From Methylorubrum extorquens (GTDB lineage Bacteria > Pseudomonadota > Alphaproteobacteria > Rhizobiales > Beijerinckiaceae): a stretch of DNA of 32,000 nucleotides. Below, piece by piece: positions 27,046-32,000 of this stretch. The notes below the pieces were generated by a model, which saw only the letters and a list, made by a program, of their open reading frames with translations, was not told the origin of the DNA and searched no databases. Each line of letters opens with the position of its first letter. The first letter of the stretch is position 1. The translations under genes and the position numbers were made by a program. The stretch lies in NCBI GenBank assembly GCA_900234795.1, contig LT962688.1, positions 2,220,001-2,252,000 on the forward strand, read 5' to 3'.

Positions 27046-28509
27046 ATGCAACGCCGCCCGACCGATCGCACCGCATTCCCGCGCTTTCCTGCGATCCTCG
27101 GCCTCCTCCTCCTCGCGGCCCTCTGGCTCACGGCAGCGTGGTCCGCTCTGCCGCAGCCGGCCGCGGCGCAGTGGGGCGACAGCTACGACGCACCCGCGGC
27201 CGATCCCTATGCCGCGCCACCACCGCGCCGCCGGGCCCGCGGCGCCTATGCCGACGAGTACGGCTACGGCCGGGCCCCCGCCCGCCGGGCCGCGCCGCCG
27301 CAGGAGGCGCCGCGCCAGTTCTACTGGCCGTGGGAGGACCAGCCGCGCGCCCAGCCGGCCCCGCCGCCCCAGCCCGCGCCCGGCTATGCCCGGCCGTCGC
27401 GCCCGCGTGCGCCTGCCGCTGCCCCCGCCCCCGGCCCCGCCACCGCGGGCCGCTCGGACGAGGAGCGTGCCGCCCGCCGCCGCCGGCCGAGCCCCGCCCC
27501 CGCGGTGGCGCAGCCCAAGGCCAAGGTGCCGAAGGCAGCGCCGACGACGCAGATTGCCGTGTTCGGCGACTCGCTCGCCGGCTACCTCGCCAAAGGTGCC
27601 GATGACGCCTTCTCCGACAATGCCGAGGTCGCCGTGCTCGACCGCTCGAAGGCCGATAGCGGCCTCGTGCGCAAGGATCTCGTCGATTGGGCCAAGACCG
27701 CCGAGGATTTTCTCAAGGCCACGCCCAAAATCTCCTACGCCCTGATGATGATCGGCTTGAACGACCGGCAGGCCATCCGCGAGGGCGACCAGAGCGTCGA
27801 GGCCCTGTCCGACAAGTGGCGCGAGATCTACGCGGCACGGGTCGATGAGGTCGCGAAGGTGTTTGCCGAGCACAAGGTGCCGCTGATCTGGGTCGGCCTG
27901 CCGCCGGTCCGCAGCGAAAGCCTGAGCCGCGACTTCGCTGCCATCAACGATCTCGTGCGCGAGCGGGTGCAGCGGGCCGGCCAATCCTATGCCGAGGTCT
28001 GGCAGGGCTTCGTGGACGACCGCAACCGCTTCACCGCGTCGGGGCCCGATGTGGACGGCCAGGAGGCGCGACTGCGCACCTCGGACGGGATCCACTTCAC
28101 CGCTGCCGGCTCGCGCAAGGTCGCCCACTTCGCCGACGTGGAGCTGAAGCGCCTTATGGGGGAGAAGGGCGGCCTGCCCTCCGAGCAGCCCGCTGCCGCT
28201 ATCGCCGCCACGCCCGGCGAGGGCGGTGCCGGGTTGGGCGTCGATGACACGGCGGCGATCGATCGCAAGATCACGGCGATGCTGCCGAGCCTGCCCGAGC
28301 CGCCGGGCATCCCGAGCCTGCCGGTCAAGCCCGCGGCGGGGCCGGTGGTGCCGCTCGGCCGCACCGAGACCTCGCCGGGCGGGACGCTCCTCACCGCACG
28401 TCCACAGGAGGGGGATGCCACAGGCACCCGCGAGCGCAGCCTGCAGCGCGGCGCCGCCCCCCTGCCCCAGCCGGGCCGAGCGGACGATTTCCGCTGGCCG
28501 CCGGGATAG
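27046..28509 (+). CDS. SGNH/GDSL-hydrolase family protein (DUF459-like) with signal anchor and long Pro/Ala/Arg-rich N-terminal region
   Basis: 487 aa. Contains IAVFGDSLA (GDSL block I), MIGLNDRQ (block III) and DGIHFT (block V). Confidence 0.8.
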   Translation: MQRRPTDRTAFPRFPAILGLLLLAALWLTAAWSALPQPAAAQWGDSYDAPAADPYAAPPPRRRARGAYADEYGYGRAPARRAAPPQEAPRQFYWPWEDQPRAQPAPPPQPAPGYARPSRPRAPAAAPAPGPATAGRSDEERAARRRRPSPAPAVAQPKAKVPKAAPTTQIAVFGDSLAGYLAKGADDAFSDNAEVAVLDRSKADSGLVRKDLVDWAKTAEDFLKATPKISYALMMIGLNDRQAIREGDQSVEALSDKWREIYAARVDEVAKVFAEHKVPLIWVGLPPVRSESLSRDFAAINDLVRERVQRAGQSYAEVWQGFVDDRNRFTASGPDVDGQEARLRTSDGIHFTAAGSRKVAHFADVELKRLMGEKGGLPSEQPAAAIAATPGEGGAGLGVDDTAAIDRKITAMLPSLPEPPGIPSLPVKPAAGPVVPLGRTETSPGGTLLTARPQEGDATGTRERSLQRGAAPLPQPGRADDFRWPPG

Positions 28510-28536
28510 GGCCTCTCGACCTCCGAACGAGGTCGA

Positions 28537-29199
28537 TCAGGTCTCCGCGGCGGGTGGGCCGTGCGGGGCTGCCACGAGCCCGGCGCCGACGGCGATCCAG
28601 ACCAGATGGGCGTCCGTGCGGGCGCCGAGCTTGGCCCGGATCAGCGAGAGATTGTTCTGGACCGTCTTGAGGCTGAGGCACAGCGCCTCGGCGATGGTCT
28701 GCGCCGTGGCACCCGCTGCCGTCATGCCGAGGATCTCGACCTCGCGCGGGCTGAGTTCGTCGAGGCTGCTGCGCCCGCCGGCCACCTCGTCCTGCGCGAT
28801 CGCCAGGGCGATGTCGGTGCTCATGGCCCGCTCGCCGCGCAGGACGCCCGCGGCCGCCTCAAGCAGCTCGCGGGGGGCGCTCGCCTTGCTGACATAGCCG
28901 CTGGCGCCCGCCGCGAAGGCTTGGCGCGCGATGGCGGCGCCTGTGCGCATGCTGAAGACGAGGATGCGGGCCGCGCCGTCCCATTGCCGGATATGCCGGA
29001 TCGCCTCGATGCCGCTCGGCCCCGGCAGCGACAGGTCGAGGATCACGAGGTTCGGCCTCTGCGCCTTGTAGAGGCGGTAGGCCTCCGCCGCGGTCGCGGC
29101 CTCCGCCACGACCGTGAAACCCGGCTGCCGTTCGAACAGGCGGCGATAGCCCTCACGCACGACGGGATGGTCATCGACGAGGAGGATGTTCGTCATCAT
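28537..29199 (-). CDS. Two-component response regulator, NarL/FixJ (LuxR HTH) family
   Basis: Start at ATGATG 29199/29196: MMTNILLVDDHPVVREGY...LVILDLSLPG. The C-terminal HTH is LSPREVEILGMTAAGATAQTIAEALCLSLKTVQNNL. Confidence 0.9.
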   Translation of the reverse strand: MMTNILLVDDHPVVREGYRRLFERQPGFTVVAEAATAAEAYRLYKAQRPNLVILDLSLPGPSGIEAIRHIRQWDGAARILVFSMRTGAAIARQAFAAGASGYVSKASAPRELLEAAAGVLRGERAMSTDIALAIAQDEVAGGRSSLDELSPREVEILGMTAAGATAQTIAEALCLSLKTVQNNLSLIRAKLGARTDAHLVWIAVGAGLVAAPHGPPAAET

Positions 29200-29204
29200 C
29201 CGCC

Positions 29205-30550
29205 TCACCCGTGAACCGGAACGGTGACGCGGGCGCAGATGCCGCTGCCGTTCCCGGTGAGAGAGAGAGTTGGCCGCCGAGGGCGGCGAGCCGGGCGCGG
29301 ATTCCGGGAAGTCCGCGGCCGGACGCGCTAGCCGCGCGGGCAGCATCACCCCCGCCGTCGTCGTCCACGGTCAGCGTGACGGTCCCGCCGCCGGTGCCGG
29401 CGCGCTGCAGCCGCAGGAAGACCCGGCTCGGTCGTCCGTGCCGCAAGGCGTTGGTCAGCAATTCCTGCGTGATCCGATAGAGGCTCGCGGACGCCTCGCC
29501 GGACAGGCCCGACCAGTCGCCCTCCATATCGAGGTGCAGGTTCGGCCCGGTCCGTAGCCGCGCCCGCCAGTCCGAGACGAGGCCGCGGATGCCGTCGCCC
29601 AAGCCGATCCCGGCAAAGTCAGGGAGTTCGAGCCGGGCCAGGGCGCCGCGCAGGCTCTCTCGCGCATGGCGGCGACGACCGCCTCGATGCCGCGCGCATC
29701 GGCGCGCAGATCTGCGCGGTCCGTCGGCGCGCCGGCCTCGATCGCGGCTGCGAGCGCCCCGGCGGCGGCAAGGCATTGGCCAAACGCGTCGTGCAGGTCG
29801 CGGGCGAGGCTCTGCCGCTCTTCTTCCTGCACGTGCACCAGCCGCTGCATCAAGGCGGTCCGCTCGCTCTCGGTCCGGGCCAGCCGCCCGGCGAGCGCGT
29901 CGAAGGCGGTGGCGATCCGGTCGAACTCCGCCGCCCTAAAGCGCGGCAGGGGCGGACGGGATGCGCCAGCATCGAAGCCGTCCAGATGGCGCACGATCCG
30001 TCCCGCGGGCGCGACGAGGCCGGCGGCGGCGAGCCACCCGAGGATCGCCGTGGCTCCGGCGAGCGAGAGGGCAAGGCCGCTCGCGAACCGCACCTGCCGC
30101 CACGCGCGCCCCGCTGCCGCGCCGGAATCGGGCCAAGCCGCGACGGTGCCGAGCCGGCGTCCGCGATAGACGATCTCTCGGACGACCGGATCGCCGAGGG
30201 TCCTCGCCGACAGGACGGCCGCGAGCCAGGACGGGGCCGTGCCGAGCCCATCCCAATCGCCGCAGAGCCGCCGCGGCACCTCGCTGCCGAGGCGGATCTC
30301 GGCGCAGATCCCCGGCAGCAGCATCAGGACGGTCGGCTCGGCCTGGGGTTCTCCGACCGGCAGCGCCGCCGGCCCGACGCTGCCGAGCCCCGGTTGCCGG
30401 GCAAGCGCTGCGGCGATCCGCTCCGCCGATACCGCAGACTCAACCCGCAGGGCGCTGCGCCCGTCCCAAAAGGGTCCAGGCGACGGCGCCCGCCAGACAG
30501 AGCAGGGTCACGATCAGAAGGCGCAGGGCGAGATGCGCAGGCAGGCTCAT
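29205..30550 (-). pseudogene. NarX/DesK-type (HisKA_3) sensor histidine kinase, cognate to the adjacent regulator, with three frame disruptions
   Basis: TM1 (MSLPAHLALRLLIVTLLCLAGAVAWTLL) is in one frame. TM2 + HAMP-like + H-box (VQEEERQSLARDLHDAFGQ) are in a second. The HATPase (LYRITQELLTNALRHG, LTVDDDGGG, GRGLPGIRARLAALGG) is in a third. The natural-looking end LTGNGSGICARVTVPVHG* is in a fourth segment, stopping 5 nt before the regulator start. Junctions lie at 30465-30474 (C3A4G3), 29653-29662 ((CT)3) and 29259-29269 ((GA)5). Confidence 0.8.
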
Positions 30551-30728
30551 CGGGGCGACCGTGCAGGGGAGCGTCGCCCAAGATGGCACCGGCCGCCGTC
30601 TGGGGCGCAAGGGGGACGGAGGGATGCCGGGAAAAATGCCCGCGCGGAAGCGGGAGCCGTTCCCTGGGCGACCGTGACGAGGCGGCGCAGGATTTCGATC
30701 GCCCTTCCCCTCGCCCGGATTGCCGCCG

Positions 30729-31671
30729 ATGCTCCCTCTGCCGACCCGTCGAGCCGTCCTCGCCGCGGGTGCCTGCCTGTCGATCCTTCGCTTTCCCGAA
30801 GCACGGGCTGCGGCCCCCGCCGATCGCGTCGGCGCCTTCACCGTCACGCCGCTGCGCGACGGCCACTTCCCGCTTGAGCCGAGTATGATCCCCGGCGCCG
30901 ACAGCGAGGCCGGACGCGCCTTGCTCGCCCAAGCCGGCTTGCCACCGAGCGGCCCCTCGCCCGAACCGGTCAATGCGTTCCTGATCCGGCGCGGCGCACG
31001 GCACGGTTTGCTCGATGCCGGCTGCGGAACGGTGTTCGGGCCGGGCTTCGACCGGGTGACAGCGGCTCTCGCCGCGGAGGGGGTTGCGGCCCGACCAGAT
31101 CGAGACCGTATGGCTGACCCACCTCCATGCGGACCATGCGGGCGGCCTGCTCACGGGCGATGGCCGCGCCCGCTTCGCCAATGCCGAGCTGGTGCTTCAG
31201 GAGCGTGAGGCCGCCTATTGGTCGGATGCCGGTGCGCGTTCCCGCGCGCCCTCCGCGATGGGGCTGTTCTTCGACACCGCGCAGGCCGTGCTTGCCGCCT
31301 ATGCCGGCCGGGTGCGCCGCGTCTCCGGCGCGGCCGAACTCGCTCCCGGCGTCTCGTTCCTGCCGCTGCCCGGGCACACCCCCGGCCATGCGGGCGTGCT
31401 GATCGAGGACGGGCCGGAGCGGCTGCTGATCTGGGGCGACATCCTCCACTCCCGCCTGCTGCAGGTGCCGCATCCGGACTGGACCGTGATCTGGGATGCC
31501 GATCCGGCGGAGGCGATCGCAACCCGCCGCCGCATCTTCGACCGGGCGGCCAGCGAGGGACTGGACATCGCCGGGATGCACCTGGCGAGCCGAGGCCGGG
31601 TCACGCGCGAGGGGGCGGGCTACCGGTGGGAAGTTCGTGAAGGTGGGGGCGCCGACGAGGTTTCCCGATGA
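30729..31671 (+). pseudogene. MBL-fold metallo-hydrolase with Tat-like signal, interrupted by a +1 frameshift at a G5 run (31079-31083)
   Basis: N-terminal part: MLPLPTRRAVLAAGACLS...VNAFLIRRGARHGLLDAGCG...ALAAEG. It continues in the +1 frame as LRPDQIETVWLTHLHADHAGGL...LPLPGHTPGH (listed ORF 31084-31671). Start is ATG 30729 (TTG 30720 also possible). Confidence 0.8.
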
Positions 31672-31682
31672 TCCTTCGGGCC

Positions 31683-31716
31683 AAACGAAAAGGGCCACCG
31701 CCAGCAGCGATGGCCC
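31683..31716 (-). terminator. Rho-independent terminator of gltD
   Basis: The minus strand reads GGGCCATCGC-TGCTG-GCGGTGGCCC (10-bp stem with one G-U pair) followed by TTTTCGTTT. Confidence 0.7.
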
Positions 31717-31749
31717 CGATTGTCCGTGTCGCGTCCGATGGGGCGCCGC

Positions 31750-32000
31750 TTACAGCGGCAGGACGGTCGCGCCCATCAGCGCCTCGTCGATCGAGCGTGC
31801 GGCCTGACGGCCCTCGCGGATTGCCCAAACCACCAGGGACTGACCCCGGCGCATGTCGCCCGCGACGTAGATCTTCGGGTTCGAGGTCAGGTAGTTCTGA
31901 TCGTTGGCAGCGACGTTGCCGCTCTTGTCCACGGCCACGCCCGATTCCGCGACGAGACCCTTCTGCACCGAGCCGGCGAAGCCGATCGCCATGAAGACGA
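31750..32000 (-). CDS. gltD: Glutamate synthase (NADPH) small subunit, C-terminal fragment (5' end outside window)
   Basis: ...[43 protein letters not shown] matches the conserved GltD C-terminus. The ORF is open to the window edge. Confidence 0.85.
   Translation of the reverse strand, partial: VFMAIGFAGSVQKGLVAESGVAVDKSGNVAANDQNYLTSNPKIYVAGDMRRGQSLVVWAIREGRQAARSIDEALMGATVLPL

Noticed and set aside
23627-28128. Long antisense ORFs opposite galU (317 aa), galE (384 aa) and the SGNH hydrolase (384 aa), and the 573-aa ORF from 25160
   Set aside because: They are antisense or alternative frames of well-supported genes. The 25160 ORF is only real from GTG 25700 (mltB), and its upstream part overlaps galE out of frame.
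17253-31083. Programmed ribosomal frameshifting or transcriptional slippage as an explanation for the split genes
   Set aside because: The tracts are short (5-6 nt homopolymers, 3-5 dinucleotide units). The required shifts are mostly +1, without the stop-codon or SD-stimulator context of known +1 sites. No slippery X XXY YYZ heptamer with a downstream structure is visible, and none of these gene families is known to use recoding. Five unrelated genes doing so in 15 kb is implausible.
1-32000. Scan for CRISPR arrays, tRNA/rRNA genes, IS elements, integrases, toxin-antitoxin pairs or defence islands
   Set aside because: I saw no regularly spaced repeats beyond the 3-copy 18-bp tandem, no cloverleaf-compatible or rRNA-like sequence, and no transposase-, recombinase- or nuclease-like ORFs. 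Apart from a few short lower-GC intergenic spacers (e.g. 10060-10400, 23431-23671), composition is uniformly high-GC core-genome-like. tRNA and ncRNA absence should still be confirmed with tRNAscan-SE/Infernal.

Overview
High-GC (by eye ~70%, not computed) alphaproteobacterial chromosomal segment. The gene content and intergenic repeat style look Methylobacterium/Rhizobiales-like; this is inference only. I call about 31 protein-coding genes, almost all core functions. Signalling: a triple-PAS HWE histidine kinase, a LOV-domain HisKA_2 histidine kinase, a CpdR-like single-domain response regulator, and a NarL/LuxR-type two-component pair. Redox/stress: sodB, msrA, grxC, a TlpA-like thioredoxin and a PRC-barrel protein. 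Envelope: murJ, mepA, an MltB-like transglycosylase, an SGNH/DUF459 hydrolase, galU, galE and an IalB-like protein. Metabolism: argH, nhaA, a type II haloacid dehalogenase, a HAD phosphatase, a NodU/CmcH carbamoyltransferase, a Nit-family C-N hydrolase, an N-formylglutamate amidohydrolase-like gene, an MBL hydrolase and the gltD 3' end. I recognised no rRNA, tRNA, CRISPR array, transposase, integrase or phage gene, and I do not see a novel multi-gene accessory system (defence, TA, BGC). Four things deserve a second look. (1) Seven reading-frame disruptions in five otherwise well-conserved genes all lie at short homopolymer or dinucleotide tracts, all between 17.2 and 31.1 kb, with three in one sensor kinase gene. 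They are either assembly indel artefacts or real simple-sequence-repeat pseudogenisation. (2) A canonical LOV blue-light sensor kinase sits divergent from msrA. (3) Two exact GGAAC-N17-CGTT (EcfG/general-stress sigma type) motifs sit correctly upstream of two small genes. (4) Several structured or repeated intergenic elements occur, including a candidate sRNA with a CCUCCC motif, a tandem 18-bp repeat in front of nhaA, and a 440-bp low-GC leader before an orphan 84-aa gene. All long Arg/Pro/Gly-rich ORFs overlapping these genes in other frames are treated as high-GC shadow ORFs.
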